Shown piece by piece: positions 27,703-35,148 of a DNA stretch of 40,720 bases; the stretch's first letter is position 1, and each line of letters begins with the position of its first letter. This stretch comes from Verrucomicrobiota bacterium (GTDB lineage: Bacteria; Verrucomicrobiota; Verrucomicrobiia; Chthoniobacterales; Terrimicrobiaceae), in contig JBAWVC010000001.1 in NCBI GenBank assembly GCA_037147455.1, forward strand, positions 1-40,720, given 5' to 3'. The notes beneath the pieces were generated by a model. That model worked only from the letters and a program-made list of their open reading frames with translations. It was not told where the DNA came from and searched no databases. A program made the position numbers and the translations under genes.

Positions 27703-29046
27703 ATGGAGCGGCTCCATTTTTCGTTTTACGATCCCGTTCCGACGATTGCTCCGCCGAACGATGACCTCGAACTCCAACTGGTCTGGCTGCACCTGGTCGA
27801 AAACGCGGGTCCCTCGCTGACTCAGGCTGACTTCGCGAAGGCCTGGTTGGATCACCTTCACTACATGTGGGACGAATATGGCCGCACACGTTGGAACCTG
27901 AGGCGCGGGGTTCCTGTCGAAAGCGTGGGCACGTTTGAAAATCCTTTTCACGCGGGCATGGGATCACCGATCCGCTCGGAAATCTGGGCCTGCCTTTTTG
28001 CCGGCGATCCGGACAGTGCTGCTCATTACTCGGCGCTTGATGCCTCGCTCGACCACGGCACCGAGGGCATCGCCGGAGAGGTGCTCTTTGCGGTGATGCA
28101 AAGCGAGGTCGCCTCCGGAAAAAATCTTGAGGACGCGATCACCTTGGCCTTGCGGTATATCCCGGCCGAGAGCGAGACAGCCCTTGCGGTGGAAGGGATT
28201 CGCAACAGCCATCGTCACGGAGTGCCCGCATGGGATTGCTGGAAGGAGCTGCTGGCGCGGCACGGGCATGAAAATTTTACGCATGCCCCGCTCAATGTCG
28301 CTCTCACGATATGGGCTCTGTGGTATGGAGAAGGAGATTTTGAAACCAGCATCCTGCTCGCTGTCAACGGCGGCTATGACACGGATTGCACCGCCGCCAC
28401 GGTGGGCGCGACGCTCGGCCTGATGGTCGGCCTGGACGGGATTCCGGAGCGATGGATCGAACCGATCGGGGAAGGTGTCTTTGTCGGTCCCGGCATCGTG
28501 GGCATTTCCGCTCCGCAGACGCTCATGGAACTCACCGAACGCACAGCGGCTCTGATCGGCAAGTTGGTACCCATGGATTGGGACGGTTCGTTTTGGGAGC
28601 AAGCCCCTTCGCCGGTCGATCTGGAGACCTTGCCCGGAACTCTTCTCCTCCACCCGGCGGATGGCGGGCAGCCGGTGGTCTGGGCCAATGGAGAGCTCCC
28701 AATCTGGATCAAACAGGCGGGCGGAGCGAGTTGGACCTGGCATGTCGAGGGAAACGAAGCGCGGGAAATCATCTGTCTGGCACGGGACGGTGCGCGCCTT
28801 TTCATCGACAACAAGGAAGTGATCGAATGCCCGGCTGGCCTCCCCTATGTCCAAGCCACTCACCGCAGCGCTGAGGGATCACGTGTCACAGTGAGTCCCG
28901 GAACGGGAACGCACGAAGTTCGCCTGGAGCTGAACAGCCGTGATCCCCGGCAGGACGCCTCCATCATTCTCGCCTACCCGAATTTTCACATCTGCCCATG
29001 GACGAAGGATGAGCTCCCGCACGCGGCGATTCTTCCGGCAGCTTAA
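27703..29046 (+). CDS. ADP-ribosylglycohydrolase family protein with a C-terminal beta-rich extension; N-terminus disrupted
   Basis: ARH motif LLAVNGGYDTDCTAATVGATLG. The conserved N-terminal motif HGCWLGKSIGGTLGLPAEGK is encoded in frame upstream of the first ATG (27640-27702) with no ATG/GTG/TTG start available. See finding. Confidence 0.75.
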   Translation: MERLHFSFYDPVPTIAPPNDDLELQLVWLHLVENAGPSLTQADFAKAWLDHLHYMWDEYGRTRWNLRRGVPVESVGTFENPFHAGMGSPIRSEIWACLFAGDPDSAAHYSALDASLDHGTEGIAGEVLFAVMQSEVASGKNLEDAITLALRYIPAESETALAVEGIRNSHRHGVPAWDCWKELLARHGHENFTHAPLNVALTIWALWYGEGDFETSILLAVNGGYDTDCTAATVGATLGLMVGLDGIPERWIEPIGEGVFVGPGIVGISAPQTLMELTERTAALIGKLVPMDWDGSFWEQAPSPVDLETLPGTLLLHPADGGQPVVWANGELPIWIKQAGGASWTWHVEGNEAREIICLARDGARLFIDNKEVIECPAGLPYVQATHRSAEGSRVTVSPGTGTHEVRLELNSRDPRQDASIILAYPNFHICPWTKDELPHAAILPAA

Positions 29047-29504
29047 AATGCGGATCTGGACGCCATCGGATCGGGCGCGGCGGCAAGAAGGGCTGGGGCG
29101 GAATAGAAGGGTTTGGGAACAGTGCGTCGGCAACCACATTGGATGGGGATCCGGACCATTCCGGGATCCGTGTTCTGAAGGTGACCTCGGACGGAAAATT
29201 GGGATGAGGGCTCCGCTTTCGGTGCCCGGCGTAAAGTCACTGCCGAGCCGTCGCTACGATAAATCGGTTTTCTGGCTGGGGCAGAATTCCACTTGGGGCT
29301 GTCTTTTCTCGCGCTTCCAGAGTGCAGGATGGGGGCATTATCGTTTTCCGTGCCCGATCAAATGGGTCCCGCCTGAAGACCACTGGTTCCGCAGTCGTTC
29401 AAAAGCGCTTTTCGCGATCAATCCAACGGCCAGGGACGAGCACTTAATTTGGATGTTCTGAAATGACAGGCTGATTGTGTATGAGTTATAGGCAGCACGA
29501 CACG

Positions 29505-30485
29505 ATGACGAACCACACACCCGTTTTTTTCAGTTGCGACTGGGGGACAACCCACCTCCGGATCCGCAAAGTCCAGACGCACGATCTGCATGTTCTTCAG
29601 GAAGTGAAGACGGCCGAGGGTGCGGCAATGATGCACCGGCAATCCTTGGAAAACGGGGAAGCTCTTTCATCGGCTTACGAGCGCACTTTGCGGCAGAGCA
29701 TGCTGCCCATTTTGGCAAGCGGGCCTTCCGGCCCGGAACAAATCGTCATATCCGGCATGGCCACCTCAACCATCGGGTGGCAGCATGTCGATTACACCAC
29801 GCTTCCAACCCCCATGGATGGAAGTGATCTTCCGCTGAAGACACGCTTGATAAGCATCACTGAAGAGAGGCAAGCGGAGGTGTATTTTGTCGGGGGGCTT
29901 CTGACCGGGAATGACATCCTGCGCGGAGAGGAGGTTGAGGCCATCGGGCTCTTCACGCTGCTCCCTGATCTGTTCGGGGGATCGGCGAGGCTTATTCTGC
30001 CGGGCACCCACTGCAAGCACATGACGATCAGTGAAGGGGCCATCACTACTTTCCACACTTTCATGACCGGGGAACTTTTCGAGCATTTGGCCGGAATGCC
30101 GACGCTGGCTCCCTGCCTGCAAAAGGGACGATTTACGGGCGATGAGCCCGCCTTCCTGGATGGGGTCCAGGCGGGTGCTGCCCGCGGGATCAACGCGCTC
30201 TTTCAGGCGCGCTCAAGAACTGTGCTCAAACAGATCAACCAAAAGGACGCCTCCGCATTCTTGAGCGGTATTTGTATTGGAACCGAGCTGGCCGCACTGG
30301 GTGAAACCCGGGCAGAAACACTCATCCTCGCCGCATCGCCGCCATTGAGTGGGCTTTACTTGAGCGCTCTACAAGCAATCGGACGGCCCGATGTGCAAAT
30401 AGTCGAAAAGGACATCATGGAAAAAGCTGTTCCCGCCGGACACAGAAGGTTGCTTGCCTTTCAGCGTGATCGATTTAGCCGTTGA
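29505..30485 (+). CDS. dgoK: 2-dehydro-3-deoxygalactonokinase
   Basis: N-terminal FFSCDWGTTHLRIR is characteristic of DgoK. Start at ATG 29505 (MTNHTP). Confidence 0.75.
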   Translation: MTNHTPVFFSCDWGTTHLRIRKVQTHDLHVLQEVKTAEGAAMMHRQSLENGEALSSAYERTLRQSMLPILASGPSGPEQIVISGMATSTIGWQHVDYTTLPTPMDGSDLPLKTRLISITEERQAEVYFVGGLLTGNDILRGEEVEAIGLFTLLPDLFGGSARLILPGTHCKHMTISEGAITTFHTFMTGELFEHLAGMPTLAPCLQKGRFTGDEPAFLDGVQAGAARGINALFQARSRTVLKQINQKDASAFLSGICIGTELAALGETRAETLILAASPPLSGLYLSALQAIGRPDVQIVEKDIMEKAVPAGHRRLLAFQRDRFSR

Positions 30486-30652
30486 GCCTGCGTTCAACGG
30501 TGCGATCTCCATGTTCTCCTACGCCGAATAGATCGTATGGCGTGCCGTGTGGAATTCCTTGGCCGGCTTCTTCGCGCTGAGGGCCGCCACGGCATTGTGG
30601 CGGGCGAACAGGGTTTGAAGTTCACCGATGATCTCCTCGGGAGCAGGATTCC

Positions 30653-30889
30653 TTACAGTTCGTCACCCGGCAACGGCGGAACATCAGGGCATGCTGCCAA
30701 GAAAGCGTCGAAGTCTTCCTGGCGACCGGCAGCGGCTTCACGGCGAAGATGATCGAGAGAGGTCATCACCGAATACTTTTCAGCGATCGCGCTGGCCGCA
30801 AATTGCTTGATCGAATACCCGTCGCGCGCGGCAAGTTCCTCGACGCGAAGTTTGAGAGAGTCTGGAATTTCGACGGTGAGCGTGCTCAT
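30653..30889 (-). CDS. HicB-type / ribbon-helix-helix-like antitoxin
   Basis: 78 aa. MSTLTVEIPDSLKLRVEELAARDGYSIKQFAASAIAEK matches the family usually annotated as HicB-family antitoxin. Its ATG overlaps the PIN gene's stop (ATGA). Confidence 0.7.
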   Translation of the reverse strand: MSTLTVEIPDSLKLRVEELAARDGYSIKQFAASAIAEKYSVMTSLDHLRREAAAGRQEDFDAFLAACPDVPPLPGDEL

Positions 30890-31326
30890 GATTTTTTACG
30901 GATGATGGTCAGAAAATCTCGGGGCGTGATTGCCGTCACGCCCAAGCGCTCGCAACCGGCAAAGTCCCGTGTGTTGTGGGTGACAATGTAATCGGCGTGG
31001 GCAGCAAATGCCAGTTCCAAAATGAACTCATCGTCCGGATCGGAAAGAAAGGGACGCCAGAGGAAATGAATCTCCTGCAAATGGCAGAATGCTGCCAAGC
31101 GACGCAGTGCCCCCAGAGCCTTTTCAGCAGTCTCACCGGGCGGCAAATTCTCCGGACGCAGCAGCACCGACTGCCATTCCGTATAAAGACCGACCGACAG
31201 GCAGGGACGAAAGACAGAAGAGGGCAGCGAACTCAGAATCGCGAAGCTGGCACCACGCCGGGAACGTGACGCCGCCACCAGAATGCTCGTGTCCAGCACT
31301 ACCCGGATGGGTTTCTCTGGGTTCAC
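30886..31326 (-). CDS. PIN-domain toxin (TIGR00305/PIN_3-like)
   Basis: VVLDTSILVAA, DPDDEFILELA and IVTHNTRDF. GTG 31326 is preferred as start because it overlaps the upstream ORF's stop as GTGA. The ORF track extends the frame to 31350. Confidence 0.8.
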   Translation of the reverse strand: MNPEKPIRVVLDTSILVAASRSRRGASFAILSSLPSSVFRPCLSVGLYTEWQSVLLRPENLPPGETAEKALGALRRLAAFCHLQEIHFLWRPFLSDPDDEFILELAFAAHADYIVTHNTRDFAGCERLGVTAITPRDFLTIIRKKS

Positions 31327-31679
31327 CCCCGCCGACGGTCTGCCCGGCACGCTGCCTTTTCATGGTCGGCCATCACGTTGCCTCGCCAGGATGGGACCTG
31401 CATCGAGTCGGCAATGGCGTCCTCGCCAAAATACTCCCGCAGATCCCCAGCGAGCTTCTCTTTCAGGTCGTGCGCCCACGAGTTGCTGAACCCGAATCTG
31501 GCAGCCGTGTCTGTCGCACGTTTGCCTTGCGCGAAATCGCTCACCATCGCCTCGTATCGGGGATTGTGGGTATCCAGGCAGTCCTCAAAGAAGTTACGAA
31601 AAAGTAACCGACGAGCACGGCCCGCAAGAGGAGGCGGCTTCGGGAGATCCCGACACGGCTTTTCCCGGAGCCGTTTTCT
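31323..31679 (-). pseudogene. sigma-70 region-4-like HTH protein, 5'-truncated remnant (or a 74-aa HTH protein from ATG 31547)
   Basis: NPRYEAMVSDFAQGKRATDTAARFGFSNSWAHDLKEKLAGDLREYFGED resembles the C-terminal HTH part of sigma-like proteins from integrated elements. The similarity extends upstream of the only start codon (31547) to an in-frame stop at 31680-31682. Confidence 0.45.
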
Positions 31680-31703
31680 TTAACTGCTGGGGGGTGATGA
31701 ATC

Positions 31704-31784
31704 ATGAACCCAGCCAAAATCGTGGCCCTCGCGCTGAAAGCAGCAGCCGCCGTGATCACGGAAGTGGTCAGCAAGAAGAAATAA
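31704..31784 (+). CDS. possible 26-aa hydrophobic/amphipathic peptide (MNPAKIVALALKAAAAVITEVVSKKK)
   Basis: GGGGGTGA purine tract 6-7 nt upstream of the ATG. High G/C at third positions. The stop lies 22 nt before a strong intrinsic terminator. Too short for the ORF track. Confidence 0.25.
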   Translation: MNPAKIVALALKAAAAVITEVVSKKK

Positions 31785-31806
31785 TCCGGGCGGTCCCGGA
31801 GGGGGA

Positions 31807-31848
31807 GTGGCTCGGATACCGGAGACGGACTCCGGGCCACTTTTCTTT
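31807..31848 (+). terminator. intrinsic terminator
   Basis: GTGGCTCGGA / TCCGGGCCAC 10-bp stem (one G-U pair) with a 14-nt loop, followed by TTTTCTTT. Confidence 0.6.
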
Positions 31849-31974
31849 AGCGGCGGGAGCTTCGGTGGGTCGCTTTTTTGCCTTGGGCAGGGGAGGAGGA
31901 TCGGAGACAGCGCCCGTTTTCTGAAACAGTCCCCCCCGGCAGGTCGAATTCAGCGGGGGTCGAGTGAAATCTCC

Positions 31975-32021
31975 AAGTGCCAATAAGTGCCAATAGAATG
32001 CGCTTTAATGCCGTTTAATGC
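31975..32021. repeat. two pairs of tandem 10-mers (AAGTGCCAAT x2; GCTTTAATGC/CGTTTAATGC) in AT-rich DNA
   Basis: AAGTGCCAAT at 31975-31984 and 31985-31994. GCTTTAATGC at 32002-32011 and CGTTTAATGC at 32012-32021. Located about 90-130 nt from the 3' end of tRNA-Tyr. Confidence 0.8.
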
Positions 32022-32106
32022 GCTGTCATGGGGGGGAATGAATCGAGGCCCTCATTTGGCCAGCAAACCCTTTATCCATGCGGTTTCGACCGCTTTCAGA
32101 GGGGAA

Positions 32107-32189
32107 TGGGCAGGACTGGATTCGAACCAGTGAAGGCGTAAGCCAGCGGATTTACAGTCCGCCCCGTTTGGCCACTTCGGTACCTACCC
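32107..32189 (-). tRNA. tRNA-Tyr (anticodon GTA), long variable arm
   Basis: The reverse complement reads GGGTAGG-TA-CCG..CGG-G-GCGGA-CTGTAAA-TCCGC-(long variable arm)-ACTGG-TTCGAAT-CCAGT-CCTGCCC-A. No encoded CCA. Confidence 0.9.
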
Positions 32190-32218
32190 GTTTGGAAATT
32201 GCGCGGGGAGCCAGAGAA

Positions 32219-32824
32219 CTACTGGTTCGCCGGAGAGGCGACGCGCGGTTCAATGACAATGGATTTTATCACGATTTTTGGCAATGGAAAATCGTTGCTG
32301 TTCGTGGGCTGGTTGCTGATGTAGTCGAGAAGGTCCAGCCCTTCGAGGATTTCGCCGAAGACGGTGAATTGGCCGTCGAGCTTCGGCGTCGGCTGCAGGC
32401 AGGCGTAGAACTGGCTGCCGTTGGAATTTTTTGCCGGGTTGATTTTGTCGGGGAGGCGGGCCATGGCGACTGAGCCTTTTTCGTGGCGGAGTCTAATTTC
32501 GGCCGGGATGGTGTATCCGGGGCCGCCTGTTCCGGTGCGGTCCTTCTGGCCCCAGCGGCTGGAGGGGTCGCCGGTCTGCACGAGGGCGCCCGGCAGGGCG
32601 CGGTGGAACCGCAGGCCGTTGTAGAATTTTTTCCGGACGAGCTCTTTGAAGTTTGCGACCGTGACGGGAGCTGTCTCGTCGTAGAGCCCGATGACGACGC
32701 GCTGGCACTCCTTCGCTTTTCCGACGCGGATCTGGAGGACGGCGACATCCGGGCCGAGAGGTGCCGCGTGGGCACAGAGCAGGGCGGTAGCGAGAAAGAA
32801 GAGAAGGGCGAGGTGGGATTTCAT
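32219..32824 (-). CDS. secreted cyclophilin-type peptidyl-prolyl isomerase
   Basis: 201 aa with a signal peptide MKSHLALLFFLATALLCAHA. Cyclophilin motifs FHRALPGALVQTGDP and GSQFYACL. Confidence 0.9.
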   Translation of the reverse strand: MKSHLALLFFLATALLCAHAAPLGPDVAVLQIRVGKAKECQRVVIGLYDETAPVTVANFKELVRKKFYNGLRFHRALPGALVQTGDPSSRWGQKDRTGTGGPGYTIPAEIRLRHEKGSVAMARLPDKINPAKNSNGSQFYACLQPTPKLDGQFTVFGEILEGLDLLDYISNQPTNSNDFPLPKIVIKSIVIEPRVASPANQ

Positions 32825-32867
32825 TCAGTTCGGGATGGGATTATTGGTAATCCGGGTTGTGAGCTTG

Positions 32868-33827
32868 TCATTTTCTGCCGCTGAAGAGGCTCCACCCTCG
32901 CGCCGGCTTGTGATCGGTTGCCTCGGGTTCGGCTGCGCCGGCATCTGCTATGGCTTCCGGAAGCGCATGGCCCTGGCCCGGGAAACCGTAGAACCGGGCA
33001 ATCACGGAGAAGTCAGAATCCCCCCATCCCTGCTGGATCCCGGCCATGGCGGCACCAGCGAATGCGGAGGCCGCTGGCAGGTCGATGTCCTTTTCCGCGG
33101 CGAGGCCGAGGGCGAGTTGGATATCCTTGAACATGTGTTTGAGGGAAAACCGGGGGTCGAAGTCTCCCGAGATCATGCCGGGGATTTTCAAATCCACGAG
33201 AGGGGAGCGGGCGGCGTGGGATTGGAGGGCGAGGGAAAGCTTCCGGAGTTCGATCCCGTTTTTATCGAGGAGCGCGTGGGCCTCGGCGAGAGCTTCCACG
33301 GCGGATGCGGCCATGAGGTTTGTGGCGATTTTGACAACCGAGGCCTGCCCGATCTCCCCGATTTCTAGAATCTGCTTAGCGGAAGCTTCGAGAACCGGGC
33401 GGACGGAGGCCAGTACCTCCGGGTCACCGCCGATGAAGTAAACGAGTTCTCCGCGGGCGGCCGCGTCACGGCTGCCGGTGAACGGGGCATCGAGAAATTT
33501 TGCGTGCCTCGACGCGACGATGTCCGCCGCCTCCCTGGTTTCGTGGGGTGAGATCGTCGCGTGGTTCATCACCACGTGATCGGGGGTCAGGGCTGGAGCG
33601 AGGTTCTTGACAACGTCGAGCAGGGCGGGGCCGTCCGAAACAAAGATCTGGATATGCTTTGTCGCCTCGGCGACTTCCGCAGGGGAACTGAGGAAATTCG
33701 GTTCCGGGCGTGGCGAGCGGTTGTGCAGCCAGACTTGGAACCCGCTTTTTCTTAAAGCGGAAACCACCCTGCTTCCGATGATGCCGAGTCCGATGACCCC
33801 GGCTGCGGGTTTTGTCTGGCGTGCCAT
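32868..33827 (-). CDS. NAD(P)-dependent beta-hydroxyacid dehydrogenase family oxidoreductase
   Basis: 319 aa. Rossmann motif VIGLGIIGSRV and 3-hydroxyisobutyrate/6-phosphogluconate dehydrogenase-like organisation. Confidence 0.75.
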   Translation of the reverse strand: MARQTKPAAGVIGLGIIGSRVVSALRKSGFQVWLHNRSPRPEPNFLSSPAEVAEATKHIQIFVSDGPALLDVVKNLAPALTPDHVVMNHATISPHETREAADIVASRHAKFLDAPFTGSRDAAARGELVYFIGGDPEVLASVRPVLEASAKQILEIGEIGQASVVKIATNLMAASAVEALAEAHALLDKNGIELRKLSLALQSHAARSPLVDLKIPGMISGDFDPRFSLKHMFKDIQLALGLAAEKDIDLPAASAFAGAAMAGIQQGWGDSDFSVIARFYGFPGQGHALPEAIADAGAAEPEATDHKPARGWSLFSGRK

Positions 33828-33835
33828 TCGCCCCT

Positions 33836-34963
33836 TCAGTTACCTGCAGGCAGCGTGGATTCGATCTGGGCCGAGTCCTTGAGTTTCTTCAAGATCGCCT
33901 GGACCGCCTCGCGTTGCTTGGCGCTTTTGAGGTAGGCGGTGATCTGGTCTTTGACCTCCTCAAAAGGAACCGTGCCGGCTGGCTTCTTCTCGGTGACTTT
34001 AATGACGTGCCAGCCGAACTGGGTTTTTACGGGGTCGCTGATCGAGCCGGGCTTCTGGCCGAAAGCGGCGTTGGCAAACTCGGGGACCATGCGGTCCTTG
34101 GCGAAGAAGCCCAGGTCGCCGCCCGATTCCTTGGCGCCGGGTTCCTCGGAGAGTTCCTTGGCGAGCTTGCTGAAATCCTCGCCCTTCTTGGCGCGCACGG
34201 CGGCTTTCTTTGCGGCGGCTTCCTTCTGTTTGGAGACATCCTCCGAGTCGTCCTTGTTGACCAGGAAAAGAATGTGGCTGGCCTTGACGGTTTCGGGGTT
34301 TTTAAATTCCTCGGTGTTCGTGTCGTAGAATTTCTTCGCGTCCGCTTCGGTGATTTGGTCCCCGTCCTTGATCTGGCTCTGCATCCAGTGTTGTTGCTTG
34401 AGCATGGTGCTGATAGCGGTCTGGAGTTTTTCCGGAGACTGGCCGGCTTCCTTGAGCTGGGCTTGAAAGGCTTCCTCGGAAGGAAACTGTTTTTTGAGCT
34501 TCGCGATTTCGGCGGCGACGTCTGCGTCGGAGACCGTTTCGCCAGCCGCTGCCTTGGCCACGAGTTTGTCCATGATCAGCTCGTCGAGAATCTGGCGGTA
34601 GCCGTTCATTTTTTGTTCGGGCGTGAGGTCGGCGGCTTTCACGCCGGAGGCCTGGACAGCAACGCTGAACGCCTCCACCACCTGGGCTTTTGTGATGTCT
34701 TCTCCATTGACCTTGGCGACCGGGTCTTTCAACTCCATTGACGGGGCGGCGGTTTCAGAAGCGGCCGCGGCATTTGTGCCGGCCGCAGCGGGAGCCACGG
34801 ACGCGGCTGGAGCCGGGGTTGCGGCAGCGGGGGTCGCGACCGGGGCTGGCGTGGAAGGAGGAGGCGCTGCCGGAGACGGTGCAGGCTTGCAGGCCGGCAG
34901 CAACGCGAGAGCGGCAGCGGCGACCGGGGAGATGATGGCGGCGGTGAGATGGAATTTTGTCAT
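33836..34963 (-). CDS. parvulin-type peptidyl-prolyl isomerase lipoprotein (PrsA/SurA-like)
   Basis: Start at ATG 34963 gives a lipobox (ALLPAC). An Ala/Pro-rich linker follows, and the parvulin core carries DLGFF...FGWHVIKV. Confidence 0.8.
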   Translation of the reverse strand: MTKFHLTAAIISPVAAAALALLPACKPAPSPAAPPPSTPAPVATPAAATPAPAASVAPAAAGTNAAAASETAAPSMELKDPVAKVNGEDITKAQVVEAFSVAVQASGVKAADLTPEQKMNGYRQILDELIMDKLVAKAAAGETVSDADVAAEIAKLKKQFPSEEAFQAQLKEAGQSPEKLQTAISTMLKQQHWMQSQIKDGDQITEADAKKFYDTNTEEFKNPETVKASHILFLVNKDDSEDVSKQKEAAAKKAAVRAKKGEDFSKLAKELSEEPGAKESGGDLGFFAKDRMVPEFANAAFGQKPGSISDPVKTQFGWHVIKVTEKKPAGTVPFEEVKDQITAYLKSAKQREAVQAILKKLKDSAQIESTLPAGN

Positions 34964-35148
34964 TGGAATAAGAGACACACAATGCGCAGGAATGTTCATC
35001 GAATGCCAGTGTAAAAAACACGGAAATCCAAGCCGGGAAACCGGCCCCTGCCCCGAGGGACGTTTTTGCGGTTTTCGAAATTCTACTGATATCGTTTGAA
35101 AGACGTGTATTTTGCCAAGGAACAGATCAACCCCTGACGTTGTCGAAC

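Noticed and set aside
28940-29461. 173-aa ORF spanning the ARH/dgoK spacer.
   Set aside because: It starts inside the ARH gene in another frame, has Arg/Ser/Gly-rich composition and no family resemblance.
30519-30650. Start-less frame ...PEEIIGELQTLFARHNAVAALSAKKPAKEFHTARHTIYSA, as a resolvase or IS3-OrfA-like HTH remnant.
   Set aside because: The resemblance is limited to a few residues (EEIIG, ..TIY). I kept it only as a weak supporting remark under the island finding, not as a feature.
31884-31898. TGGGCAGG..GGA, resembling the 3' end of tRNA-Tyr (TGGGCAGGACTGGA), as a candidate att repeat.
   Set aside because: Only 8 contiguous matches, and it lies only about 220 nt from the tRNA, enclosing no genes. 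Likely chance.
32078-32473. 131-aa plus-strand ORF.
   Set aside because: It overlaps tRNA-Tyr and runs antisense to the cyclophilin gene. Spurious.
35000-35148. Looked for a TPP riboswitch upstream of thiH-thiS.
   Set aside because: I could not find the conserved CTGAGA and ACCTGATCTGG-type cores by eye. Only a small CCGG-GAAA-CCGG hairpin is present. Absence should be confirmed with Infernal before anything is made of it.
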